Source: Geosiphon pyriformis uo1 (taxonomy: Eukaryota; Fungi; Glomeromycota). From it: 64,000 bases of DNA. Position 1 is the stretch's first letter. Each line of letters opens with the position of its first letter. The DNA lies in the NCBI GenBank assembly GCA_016748015.1, contig JAAOMT010000047.1:145258-209257 (forward strand), in the 5' to 3' direction. Shown in pieces: positions 38,076-51,770 of the stretch. A program made the translations under genes and the position numbers. The notes under the pieces are model-generated. The model had not been told where the DNA came from, ran no database searches, and saw only the letters and a list, made by a program, of their open reading frames with translations.

Positions 38076-40166
38076 TGTTTCCCAATCTCGCTATCGTTTT
38101 TTTGTTTTAATACTCTTTATAACTAATATTCAACAACTTACAATTAAAGTGTCTCATAATTTAGATTTTGCTTGTATACAATAAATCGAATATTATCCTA
38201 TTGATATAAAAACTCATATTTATTTTTAAAATTCCCAAAAAATGTATTCTAACTTGAAAAAGAAAATTTCTACGATTGTTTCACGAGCTAAACAAAGAAA
38301 TGGTAAATCATAAATAGTTCGAAAAAGCTGGGCAGCATCCAGATCCGTATAATGAATTTAAAGGCATCATAACGGACATCAAATAATTTACCCGCTATTT
38401 TCAATAAATTTTTCTAAATAATTAAAAATTTAAAAACAGTGTGATGGCTAAAAAGAGATGTTTCGATATCTTAAAAATTTTTATGGATAATTTTTTTAGA
38501 AATACTATACTTCTTAATTTTTATTACATTTATAGAAAAAGAGAACAAGGATAAAACTATTGCAAGAAATTATCAGGTATTTCAAAATTTATGAGATCAC
38601 AAATTTCCCCTGCAAGTGAATAGGCTTAAATTTTAAAATTTGCCTGCTAAAAATTTTATTGAATTGTGCTCAAGATTTTTTCCCAATCAGAATTTTGAAC
38701 TACTCAAACTTTGAAAGAGCAGAACTCTCATTTCGAAAAACCTAAATGGTGTCTAATATGCCAAAATTGGTATTAAAACAAAATATTAATAATGTAACAT
38801 TCTTCATTCAAGAATTTTCTTTATAATGTTATATTTTGAAGTAATAGGCTATAAATGGCAAGGAATATAAAGTGGGTGATTATAAAGAATTAGTATAAAA
38901 ATATAGAAATGAAATTAATTAGTCTCAGAGATAGCAATTTTCAAAAATTATAAATTTCTAAAGGTTATAAAATAGTTCATATGTTTAAAGTTTCAAACTA
39001 TACTTGTTTTTTACCAAAAAAATTTTTATGAACTATATCTATTTAAAAAGAGTATTCGAAACTTCAAATGACAAATATAATTATTAATAATCTACAGCTT
39101 TAAAATCCATTACTTATATAATTATCCAAATAGATTAACGATCATATTGACAAAGGCTAAATATAAAATTAAAGTATATATACAAATCCAAATATTGGTA
39201 AGTCTTTTAAACCAATTTATTCCAAAAAAAATTGTTTCTCATGATCCCTACCCTCGTACAAAAAAATTTAGAATTTTTTAAAATGTCAATTATAATTACC
39301 ATTATTCAATCTTTTAATATTCATCAATTATACAATATATTAAAAATAAACAATCATTTAATTTTTATCCTACACTTATCATTATTTAAATGTATTTTAT
39401 TTAAAAGTTTAAACTCTTATTACAACAACTGACAATATTTATACCCTGCAAATAAAAGTGTTATTTTTATAGAAAAACGTGACAAGTTTTAATTGAATAT
39501 TTTGTGCAACTCATTTTTTTTTCTGAAAAATTTTTAATTTTCACTTTGGAAAAAAAGATTTTACTAATTCATATCAAAATCTTTCACTCTCTCATTTATT
39601 GCGTTGAATTTCACACGATTAAATTTAAACGAAACTTTTAATTGGTAATGTTCTTAAAAAGTATGGATCGCCACAATTTACACAATTTTAAATTCAAACG
39701 CTCATTAAATCCGATTTAAATCTGATGAAGATAAAATATTGTAAATCAGAGCTTTTCTATTTATCTTTAAGCAATATTTTAATCTTTGAGATAATTCAAA
39801 GAATGACCACTTAATTTGTACGACTGTTTAGTTTGTTTCCTTTTAAACATCGATACTAATCAAGGCACTACTAAAAATTGCGCTGCAGACTAATTGTTAA
39901 TATAAAGCGATAATTTTATGATTTTGTCTAAATAACGAATTTTTTTATATAGCTCCAAATTAGAATTGTCTTTATTATTCAATATTTAAAGTATATATAT
40001 AGAGGCAGTCCTTTCTTGAATTTATGATCATAAAAAAACAAAAAAACTGCTTTTAATTAAAAGTCAGAAAGAAAAAGTTAAAACAATCACTTTTAAGGTG
40101 TTTGATTATTTAAACATTTTGACTTTCACCAAATCGAAAACATTTGCCCTTGTGGGTAAAAAAGAA

Positions 40167-41585
40167 ATGGAAAGCACTCATCATTTCAACTTTTCCTTTA
40201 TTCAATTTGTATTCATTTTTCTGATTGTGATTCAGAATATAACAGGTGAGTCAAAAAATCGTTTTACAAACTTCTTTAATTTGAATCTTTTCTAATCCTA
40301 AAGTTATCGAAATTTTCAATATAGATGTACATGGTAGATGTGACACTGTAATCCAAGTAGAAAACCAAAATGATCTTTCAGCTCTCAAAAATTGTCCAAT
40401 ATTTTCAGGGACCATTTCTGTAATATCAACCAGGCTCAAAACCCTTACAATCCCATACATAAAAGAGCTACACGGAACAATCCATGTTCAAAATAATCTT
40501 CAACTCGAATCCATCTCAATTCCAAATTTATCAAATGCAAATGACATTGTATTGAATGACAATGCTGCTCTGGCTACTGTAGAAGTTCCTTCTTTATCAA
40601 AGGCAAATACATTCACTATCCATGGAGCACCATCCTTAGAGAGCGTAAGATTTGTATCAGGACTCTCGGAGATTAATAATTTTGAGTTGTCACATACTGG
40701 GGTATCAGAGTTGACTGGTTTAGTTGCCTCGTCGGTCGGTGCTTTGAGATTGATGAATAATGAGAATATTGCAAAAGTTAGTCTGCCTAATCTTGTTTCA
40801 GTCAAAACAATTGACCTGTATTCTAATTCAAATTCTGGACTCCATTTTGCGGTAATTTGAAGCAAGTCTTAAATTAATCTTGGTTTTTTTAATTTACAAT
40901 TTATCCTTTTTTCTTTTTCCCATAGGCACCAAATTTAGAAAACTTCGGAGAGGGGGTTTTTAGAAACCTTGCCTCAGCATCCCTTCCATCCCTAAAGAAG
41001 GTTGCCTCTGATCTTTGCTTCAACGAAAATAAAATGGATATGCTCTCTATACCAAAGTTAGAAGATATTGGCAAAACCTTGATAATCGCAAAAAATGAAA
41101 ACTTGAAATCAACTTTCTTTCCAAACCTATCGCACGTTGGTGGACTATTATTGCAAAATAACCCAAAACTAACCGAAATTGAAGGTTTCAAATCTTTGAA
41201 TAAAGTTGACAAATCGGTAGACATCACGGGTAATTTCTCGAAACTGACCTTATCAAAAGTACAAGATATTAATGGTGGATTAAATGTCCAATCAAGCTCT
41301 TCAGAATTTTCGTGCAACGAGATCAATGAATTAAAAGAAAAAAATATCGTCAAAGGAAAAGATTTTGTTTGTAAATCTGGTGTCAAGGATCCAAAGCCCC
41401 TCGGAAATTCTAAAGACTCGGACGACAAGACAAAGGATAAAAATAATACAACAAAGACTGAAATACACCCATCACCTACTGGTAAGTTACAGAAAAATGA
41501 AGCGGGACATAATGGAATTGGGAGGATTAACATTGTTAAATTCATTTTGGGATTCGTTGTTGTGATTGTATTAGAAAGTTGGTAA
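40167..41585 (+). CDS. Ecm33/Sps2-like receptor L-domain cell-surface protein, probably GPI-anchored
   Basis: Exons 40167-40245, 40325-40851, 40926-41585. Signal peptide, then C...QNDLSALKNCPIFSGTI, repeated L-x-x-P-x-L-x-x-(V/I)-x-G-x-L-x-I-x-x-N-x-x-L units, GGLNVQSSSSEFSC...KGKDFVC, a polar linker and a hydrophobic C-terminus. Confidence 0.85.
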
Positions 41586-42329
41586 TGTTGTGTTTTTCGA
41601 CGTTCCACATCTTATTGCTTTGGAGGTTTAAATGATTAGTTTATTGATAAATTTTTAAGATGCAATTTTAGTTTAATAAATTTATTAGTAATAATGTGGG
41701 ATTATATAATAAATTTAATTATTTTGCAAAATATCATGTTTATTGAGATTTCAAATGTGTCGTATAGTTCATTATTTTAGAAGACCTCTTATAAAATCTT
41801 GTCCTTGAACTGGGGTTAGATATTGGAAAAATTAAAGTTTTCAATGATCCCAGATAAAATTTTGTATTTAAAGAATTTTCTTTCTTGAACTTTGTTTATG
41901 ATGCACTTTTGTGTATTATGTAAATTAATATAAAATAAATTACTCTGTTTATATTCTTAAAAACTATTTTTAGGTTTTATTCCCAAGCTTTTTACCTATT
42001 TCTTAAGGTAATGCTAAAAATGAGTTTTAGAGAGCATTATTCAATGGAACCACATATTTCTCATCTTTTTTGATTAAAATTATTTTTCAAATCTCAGGTC
42101 CCATAAAATGCCTTCAGGGATCTTTACCACTGAAAATGGAAAAAGTAGGCATCCGGAAAATAAAATTCCACCCTGCTTTTATAAGATTCTTCTTATAAAA
42201 TATTTATTCCGATTGTGCATTTATTATAATATACGATGAGTTTCTAATAGAAAATCTTTTATTTTAAACAAATTATTTTACTGTAAAACATTCTGTTTCA
42301 TTAAATAGATACAATAGGAGCGAATTTCT

Positions 42330-42700
42330 AAATGGACCCATAAACATTTGAACGACGATTGGAATCAGACTATTTTTAGGGATGAAACAACTTTTTGTCT
42401 CTTTAGAAACACGATAGAACGCTGGTATAGAGATTTACGACTAACTCACGGCCTACCAAAAGATTGAGAAAAACTTTTGCTTGGGTTGGTTTCTATAAGG
42501 AAAGTAAAACAAGTTTACTAGAATAATGACTAGTGAATTTTATGTAGAAATACTTCGGGCTCGTTTATCTGAACTAAAACGAAAGCTAGGAAGTAGGTGG
42601 CGATTCCAACAAGACAATCATAAAAGTCAGATTGCTCAAGCATTTCTTACCGCCAATGTGCCCAATTTTATAGACTGGCTCGCCCACAGCCCAAAAATTT
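42330..42700 (+). mobile_element. Decayed Tc1/mariner transposase fragment
   Basis: DDWNQTIFRDETTFCLFRNT...FAWVGF...FYVEILR...WRFQQDN...DWLAHSP, with deletions and frameshifts. Confidence 0.8.
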
Positions 42701-45700
42701 AGAATTAGAATAATGTATGCAGGAGGAATCGGTGATTGAAATGAATGGTGATCATTAAACATATCGAATAAAAGCCCTAGTTTTCAAGAAGCAGGTTTCA
42801 TGTGATTTTATGCATTAGTAACCATTTAATTAATTTTAAAAAGTTTTCTCTCATGAAAGAGAAGTTGGGTCTTAAATTTCTCAAGATTATAGGAAAATCA
42901 TTATGTTTTTATATCCTTCTCGGTTTATAATAATACTATGAGTTATTCCTTTGATTCAATCAATTAAAATTTATCGATAAATTAAGAATAAAACTTGATC
43001 ATACAACTTCTACAAAATACTTTTTTTGGAGGCAAACACATAAATACTAGTGTGAAAAAGTGATTAAAATTAAATTATATTAAATTATATTGAAATATAT
43101 TTGATTATAGTGCAGGTGTTTGAAAGGAGTAATTATAGCAATTCTTATCTGCTTTGAATCATTTGTATTAAATGTAATGTTTTTGCCTTGAGCATGTATA
43201 ATATGAAAAAATATAGTATTAATTGAATTTTTGGAGTTTTAGATTCTGTATCCAACCCCCTTTTAATGTAGAAATTAAATTTGTAAAGAATTACAAATAA
43301 TTAAGGTTCAGAAATCTAAGAAAATGCAAAGTTTATTAATTTAGTAATTTTAATTTTGTGTTATTTGCCATGGCAACAGGACTCATCGTAATTCTTTCTA
43401 TTGAAAATGGTATTTAGTGAAATATTGAGGTATTAATAAAAAAACTTCAGTACCAATTTTGGTTTTCTTGGTTAATATGCTCTTAAAATAAAAATTAATT
43501 ATTTGAACTTTTTTAATTACCAAGAATATTGGTTTCTATGGATTAAAAATTATTAAACTAGACCTTCCTAGGTTTTAAGTGAGTGAGCGCTGGATGCAAT
43601 TCAGAAATATTTGTGCATTTTTTGCAATCAAAGAAAATTTTTGAATAGACAACAGCTATAGAAAGATAGGGTGAAAAATGAGGCTCCACAAGAATTTTAG
43701 TAATACCGTCTACTGAACATAGATAATGGTTTAGAGACTGGTTTTTCTCAAATAATAACCTTAAAAATTTCGAATAAAGTGTGAATATTATTAAAGATGA
43801 CAGATTTTAAAGTTGTGGGTGGGCTATCATTAATAAAATGATATATTCGAAAAATATTTTCAAAGCTCTAAATTAATTTTAGAATATAGCAAATTATTGA
43901 TTTCAAGAAAACCCAACAAACTATGTAAAATTATTATATTTCAAAAAATTATAGAATTAGAGTACATTTTTAATAGCCATAACTACTTTCTTGAAAATTA
44001 TAATTAATTTTAACACAATTTTTAACTATTTTTTTTTGAAAGGGTTCTTTATAAATATCATTATTGCTCGTTTGATTCGAAAAGACGTCTATACCTTGTC
44101 TCATCTTAGGTATTACCACAACTATTAGTGATTTTGAATCACTATGTAGAAGATTCATCTTGGTTTGAGTAATTCTAAAGAAATTCTCAAAAACTGACAC
44201 AAGCAATAATGTGGGAAGATTAAGTTTAAATTTTTAGAATTCAGCTCAATAAAAATAAAGTCTCAATTCTTTCACATGAAATTATGATAATATTTTGCGA
44301 AAAATAATCTATGAAGTTTTAATTATTTCTTTTCTAAATCCCAGCTAGGCTTTAACATAAGAAATGAGTAAAAAAAAATTTTATCAAAATTGGAATTTTC
44401 AAGAAAAAGCTCTATCAATTAATAAATAGTTGAATTAGATTACTAAGTAAGATTTTCAAAGTCAAAAAGAAAAAACTTTTCTTTTTTGATCTTAAATGAG
44501 CGTGGTTAATAAAAGATGTTGGTCTAGTGTAGCATTTTTACGCCATGAGGAAAATTGCATTTGACAAAAAAAAGTTGGCATTGAAGATGGTTTATAAAAC
44601 CTTTCAATTTGATAATTTTCATCATAATAAAGCTTAAGATTATTAGGGAATTTAAATAAATTTCAACGGAATTGACTTGAAATATTTAGCCATAATGGCA
44701 AAGTTAACATTATTTAATATTGATTATACATACATTCTTACTTTCAAAAACTAAAAAATATTAATATTTTTGATAAAATATTTTCTGTCAAGTTTCACTT
44801 GAACAAAAAATATTGAAAGTTAACTAAAAGATAAAGCAATTTTAATCAAATAATTTGTTAATTCATTCAATGATGATTAATGATTACTTTTAATTTTATA
44901 TTAGGCAGAATTTCATAAAGTATTTTTGATTAATATTTAACATCTAGTGTGACTTTTAATAAACAGATGGGTACTTAAAAATTAGAACAATTTTGTCAAT
45001 ATAAAAATAACTTTATTACTGAAAAACAAAATCTACCAATGAGGCGCATAACCCTTTTTTTATAACTTTATAAATTTTAACATCGAGTCAAGCTTCTGTT
45101 TGTGAGTTTCGGTTTTGATAAAATAATGATAGCATTGAAAAAGTTTTAAATAAGTTTTGGAAATGTTAGAAAATGATATATTTTTAATTATTTATTTGAT
45201 GTACAATATAATGAAATCACAAGTTGATGTTTTTTCTTAAAAGATTTGGATTTGAGAGTTTTCGAATAAATCTTATCAGCTTTTATATATAGTAATAACT
45301 AATTTTATTAGAAATTTTTATATAGTAAATATATTTTAATATTGTTTAATATTTTTTATTATAACTTATTTTTTTTATATATACTTTTTATACTTGAAAT
45401 TTTGCAAGTTCAATGCTAAAACTGTTTTAGTTGATTGTAAATTATCATAAAAAAAATTGTTTTTTGAGCTTTTAAAATTAAAAAAATTAAAAAAAAAACT
45501 TCTTTTTTTTCAATTAACCAACTTTCAAATTACTGTAAACTCTTTTCAATGAAAAAATAATATTAAATTCTATCATAAATATATTAATAAAATATTATAA
45601 AAATCAATTATATACATTAAAATATTCATTAATATAGTAATTTAATATTTTTGAAAATTTATTTTCATATATTAAAAATTTTCTACACCAAGATCAATTA

Positions 45701-45796
45701 TTCTATTATTTGTTACTTTTATTTATCTTTGTTATCAAAAATTTTTATTGCGTTACTATCTTTTAACTATAATATAATTATGTTATTATGTTATTA

Positions 45797-45797
<1 letters not shown>

Positions 45798-45842
<45 letters not shown>

Positions 45843-45846
45843 TATT
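45798..45846. repeat. (ATT)n microsatellite
   Basis: Direct observation; it explains the spurious poly-Ile ORF. Confidence 0.9.
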
Positions 45847-46167
45847 GTTCTTGTTGTTTTATATTTGTTTGGCGTCTTTGTGTATTATAACTGCTTAAAA
45901 ATTTTCATCGTTAAACCTGTTTAATCAATCTTAGTATGATTTGTAGCCAATAATAGTTTAATGAAAAACGACATTTTTTATGGTTAAAGAATGAATGATT
46001 TTATTAATTCGATTGGTTAAACTATTTGAAAATAGAGAAACAGCATAAATATCAACTCCCGCCTTTAAAAAATTACTTTCTAAGCTTACTATTAAAAAAA
46101 GTTTTTTTAAAAAAAATCCTCTTCGAATAATAACCTATTCACATTTTTATCCACACTTATCCATATA

Positions 46168-47294
46168 ATGGAAAACGAAGTAATTGAAAGTACTTGTCCG
46201 TATACTCATGATTGCAACAAATGTGAACTTTGTCAAGACTGCATTCAAAGAGATATTTATAATGGTTGTAGAGAATGCCAGTTAAGGTTTTTTAAAAAAC
46301 TTTACCATCGACTTTTCAAGTAGTAATTAAGTAATTGACGAAATAATAATGAATCCAATCTATATTCCAACTACTGAAGATTATTTTAGTAGTTTAAATT
46401 ATTATAAATGGGTTCTATTGGATAGTTTGTCGAAGATCAAGGAAATTTCTAGAGGAGTGTTCGGTACAATTTATAAACATGGGTTGATGGATTAATTGAT
46501 GTAGAAACTATAAAACATCATGATGAATTAGAATATAAAAAGATGGAATATAAGGTTAGAAGTAGCAGTAAAAACTATAAAGAACAGTGAAGAAGTGTTT
46601 AAAGAAGTAAATAAAGTATTAATATTTATATTAATATTTAATTCAAATTTTATTTACGATATATTTCCTTTTATCATTTTTTACACAGTTAAAAGTTAAA
46701 TATTCAAAGATCTTTATTCATAAGGGGCTCTTAGCTAGATCAATCATTTCAATGTATGGGCTTATTCAAAACCCTGAAACACTCGACTATAGAATTGTGA
46801 TGGAGTTCGCCCCAGAAGGAGACATGCGAAAATATTTGACAACAAATTCCAATCTACTGGCTGATATCATAGATTATGGATCGCGTACAAAATAGCTGAA
46901 GGACTTGATGATATTCTTCTGGTATAGTTCATCGTAATCTACACTCGGGCAACATCCTACAACATAGTCAAAGTTATAATAAGTATTGGAGACCTAATCG
47001 GATGCTAATCCGTTAAATCGTCCTACTGCTAAGGAAGTTCAAATGAAGTTGTATAACTTTTTGCAGATGTATAAGGGTTTTGGGGAGAAGACTAAAGCTG
47101 AAGTGGCAATAAAGAATGAGTCTACAGGTGAAGAGAGGCCTGAAATAAAACAGTTTTTAGAATCAAAAAATTACGTAGACGAAATGTTAAAGAACGACTC
47201 AACAACAGATTACTTTACAACGAGGATTCATTCAGGAGCAGTTTATAGAAGTCGTCTTTTCACTATGCAAATGACTCAAGAAATATATGGTTAG
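46168..47294 (+). pseudogene. Protein kinase (tyrosine-kinase-like, Glomeromycotina-expanded type) pseudogene
   Basis: Cys-rich N-terminus, EISRGVFGTIYK, VAVKTIK, MYGLIQNPETLDYRIVMEFAPEGDMRKYL, IVHRNLHSGNIL, IGDL, DANPLNRPTAKEV and a C-terminal IHSGAVYRSRLF. In-frame stops, frameshifts and loss of subdomains VIII-X. Confidence 0.88.
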
Positions 47295-48159
47295 TTTATC
47301 TAATTTATTAGAGTTTTTATATTGATTAATTTTTTGATTTAATTATTATATATTGAAATTTACTATAATTTACTATAATTTACATTAATTTTAAAAGAAT
47401 TAATCTATTTACCTGAAGGTAATAAATTACATCTATCTTAACAATTAATAAAGTTTATGCTCTTGTTTAACACTTATTTATTTTTACTATCTATTTATGT
47501 TTTGATGACTTTTAATCTTTGTCTTCCATTCGTAAGTAACAATCATTTTCAACTCTATAATGATATTATTATTATTATTGTTATTTTAATTAATTAATTT
47601 TTTCATATGTTATATATTCTAGTTTATTTAATTAAAGTTTTTTAAAATAAAAAGCAGGTTTAAATGTTTGAATTCATTAAAGTCTTTATTTATTTTCTAA
47701 AATAATATATTGGGAAATTTGTGCACAGCCCAATTAAAAAAAATTAATTATTAAAATTTACTAAAACTGGTTTAATTTTAATGGTTAAAACAATAATTGT
47801 TATTTTAAAACAAAAAAAATTCATATTATTATTATTATTATTATTACAAATCAAAAATATAAATAAAGTTAAATTTAAAAACTGTAAATCTTTATTTTGA
47901 ATTTTTTTAATATAATTACATGCTATATTATAAGTTAAAATTTTTAAATATCTAATTAAAATAATACTAATTTCTAATATTTTATTATTATTACTATTAT
48001 TGTTCGATATCAATATTTTTATCATTTACTATTATTATTATTTTTAAAATAATATAATTGAGCATTTTAAATTGTTCTTTGGGGGTCAATTTACTGATAA
48101 AAGCCAGGGGCGTGAAAAGAGACCATTGAAGTTCTAGAGATTTTATTAGTCACAAAGTT

Positions 48160-48810
48160 TGAACCATCATAGGTTGAAGTGATATTTTTAAGCTGAATTA
48201 CAAAAATTGGCGAAATATTTGTTTGGATTAAATGTATTCAAAATTAGTTTTGGCTCTAGGATTATATATACAATCTTTAAATACGGACGCAAAAACCTCA
48301 CAGATTCCATGATTTAAATTGATAATTAGTCTTTGAAAAGGTATTTAGAGAGCAGGAAAATTTAATGTAAGTTTTTACTAAAGAAATTTCATTTTTAAAG
48401 AGCTTGATTGAATATGTAACTATTAATCTCATCAAAAATTGGAGCATATTGTAATTAAATACCATTATCATACAAACTAATAAGTTTACAACGATATATT
48501 TGGAAGGAACTTTTGTTTTTTTTTTGTATAAAATGGCTATTTTATAAAATAAAAAATGATGTATATTTAACCTTTTTTTTGAATTCGGTTTGTCACATAA
48601 TATTTTTAAATAGAATTAGCTAATGACTATAAAATTTTATAATACTTGAAAAACCGAAAAAAACCCAATTATAAGCTTATGCTTTTATGGACTTTCCAAT
48701 CGACTGGCTTCATGAATTGTTTTGAAACATAAAAAATTTTACTAAAAATCAATTAAATTAAGTTGAACTGAAGTGATCAGGCCTAATTCTCAAGTGAAGC
48801 AATTAGAAGC
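48160..48810. repeat. Dispersed repeat, copy 2 (inverted relative to 13146-13855)
   Basis: Long near-identical reverse-complement blocks, e.g. gagcttgattgaatatgtaactattaatctcatcaaaa. Confidence 0.9.
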
Positions 48811-50983
48811 AAAATGATATTAAAAACTTATTCTATTTGTAGTAGAAATATTTTTTATTAATTCAAAGCTAGAGACTAAATAAAATTAACTTTTCTTTTT
48901 TAAAATACCAACAAGGGTTTTTTACCAGTTCAAATAACTGATAATGTTTTATATCTTCTAGCAACTTTTTTCTTAATAAAATTTTTTTTTTGAAAGAAAC
49001 ATATAAAAATAGCATAAAGAGACAACCATATTAATTTTACTATTGGTTCTGTTAAATTTAATATTATTTTATTCAAATACATCTATTTATATATTTTATA
49101 CAATATCTGTATCCTTTTTGTATTATACAAAAACCCAACATCATTTTTTTAAATAAAGTTAATTGAAAATAAAAAAGAAAACAGCTATCGAACTGTCTCA
49201 TGCTTATAATTTTTATATAAATGTATTTTACGGTTATAATAACATGGACTAAAAAAATTAACTTTTATATACATACATTTGTTGAAGCCAGAAATTACAA
49301 AAATATTTTACCTGTAAATTTCATAAAAATATCATAGAAAAGAGGACATAAGACTTATATAATTTTGCAATATAAACTATATTTTTTAAAATATTTTCTT
49401 CAAACTTTTTTTAATTTTAACACTCAAGATTTTATGTAGCTAAGACAACAAATCCAAGATTAAATGCAACAATTACTATATATTCTAAAAGCAAAGTAAA
49501 TTCGCAATTTACCAATTAATTAAATAAATTTTAGAAATAAATAATTGTATTTTGTTTAAAATTAACACATTCGAAAATCAATTTAGACCATGGCAAAAAA
49601 ATAATGAATATCAAAGAAAACAGAGCTTCATGATTGATAAATACAGAATTTTAAATCTAATTTACCAGTTAGAATTTTTTTATTTGAGATACTCTTGGTG
49701 GTGGGTTTGTACATTAATTTCATATTTCATATTTCCTAAATTAAAGGAAATAGCATTTTAATGAATTAAATAATTTTTTTAAAACTTTATTCTATTCATA
49801 GTATACGCTCTATTTCAGGCTGAATTATGAGAAATCAACAAACAATAATTATACTCAATACACTATAATATTGAAGTTTTTTTTATTAACTTATGCACTC
49901 CAAGAATAAGTAATCAATAATTTTAACAGAAAATATCTGATAACTAATCAAATAACATAGAATGATGCAGTTCCCATATTCCTTCCGAAAATTTATTTGA
50001 TACTCGAACAAGAATTATGAATTTTGTAAGCACAATTAATGCTCCCAAAATATTAATTTAGAAACTGCAAATCTTGGGATGGTTTTCAATAAATATTATT
50101 GTTTATAAATTGGAAAGTAATCTGTTATCCAGTGAAATTGTTTTTTTTTTGATGGTGAGCTATTAAATGATTGCTCTCTTGGGAAAATCAGCCTTTCTGA
50201 ATGGGAACAAATATTTTTTCTAATGGTAGGATTATATTATCTAAAATAACAAAATTTCCCTTGGAGTCTTAAGTTATTGATTCTATAAAAGTTTGTACAA
50301 ATAAGATTATAAAAACTAAAATTATTATTTTAGCAAGAAATTATTGCAAAAAATCTTGAAAACCTATATATTTAAAATAAAAATAATGTAGATAATTGAA
50401 CAATCTACTTGTATATCTATTCTTCAAACAATAATAAATAATTAGATGTAGCCACAACTTTACCCCAAAAAAGAGTGTTGATATAATTATTTCCTGATAA
50501 AAAAATTTTTATTCTTATTCTGCCGAATCAGATATTACCTTTTTACTTGTTGCCACTTTATACGAATATAGTATATAAGTAAGTCAAGTTTCTTTATCAT
50601 ATGGTACATGTTCTATTAAAAATACTTATCATGATCCACAAAAAAGATATGGTACCTTGAATTGTTATTTATACTCTGTGTCTCAACTATGATGTTTACT
50701 ATGTAAAATATCCAATCATCCGATGTCCAGAATATGTTTCTTTTTGCAATAATGATCCAGAAGAAAAATTCCTGTATTTGAAATGAAACTTACTATGAGC
50801 ATTTGCATGCATTCAAGATTACAAAATGGTTCATAGAGTGATATTTAAAAGGAAAAAAATCGCTTAGCCTCATTCGATCTAAAAGAAGATGTAGAATAAA
50901 GAATGTATAATATGATGATATAAAAGAGAAGGCAGGATTTAATGTTTCCTTTTAACCTTTAACGCTTTTTTTAACTTAAAAAG

Positions 50984-51770
50984 ATGGCATACAATCTGTT
51001 TTCATGTTTTTCACTTATCTCAAACATTATTTTATTTTTTATTCAAAGTTCTAACGGTGGATATACAAGTCTTCCTACGCTAAATCCAGTCTCCTCTTCT
51101 TTAACTTACACTAACACGCCCTATATTCTGCCTATCGCCACATTTAATCCAAATACAAATAGTAGTTGTTATAAAAGTAATGAAAATTCTTCGAGTGACA
51201 ATTATCACTATGGAAATAGCAATGACGGAACTAAAGATTACCACGGTTGCAACAATATTGGCAGCTCTAATGGCAACAGTAATGGCAACAATAATGGCAA
51301 CAGTAATGGCAACAGTAATGGCAACAATAATGGCAACGGAAATATCGGCTCATGGGAATATTATTCCCCTATCACTATATGTAACGCTTGGGTTTGCTGG
51401 TAAGCATTTATTTGAGTATAGAGTAAGAGCTTGTTGTTTTAATTAATCCTAAAAATTTGATAAATTTCTTAAGGGCTGAGAAAAGAAAACGGGATGAATA
51501 TATTAGGTAAGTTTTAATTTTTAATCACAATCGAATTAAATATTACATTAAATTCATAATTTATTTGATCTTTTTTTAAACAGCCAAGCAACGCCTGAAC
51601 AGCCATCCTCACCACAAACTTTAGAGTTAACTCCTTCGTCTAAATCCCAACCCCTAAGTTCTCTACTCATTTCAGCTGGAATTAGTAAAACTGGTTTGAT
51701 TAATTTTCAATCAGCTATTTTTTTAGAAACCACAATTATAGCCTGGGTTACTTTTCTATTTATTTGTTGA
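50984..51770 (+). CDS. Secreted / membrane-tethered low-complexity protein with KR-microexon, paralog A
   Basis: Exons 50984-51399, 51474-51506 (33 nt), 51584-51770. Signal peptide, Ser/Thr region, NGN(S/N) repeats, then ...WEYYSPITICNAWVCW|AEKRKRDEYIS|QATPEQPSS...KTGLINFQSAIFLETTIIAWVTFLFIC*. Splice structure is corroborated by paralog B. Confidence 0.8.

Noticed and set aside
40500-41608. Minus-strand ORFs of 121 and 235 aa
   Set aside because: They are antisense shadows of the Ecm33-like gene, which has the real motifs and splice sites.
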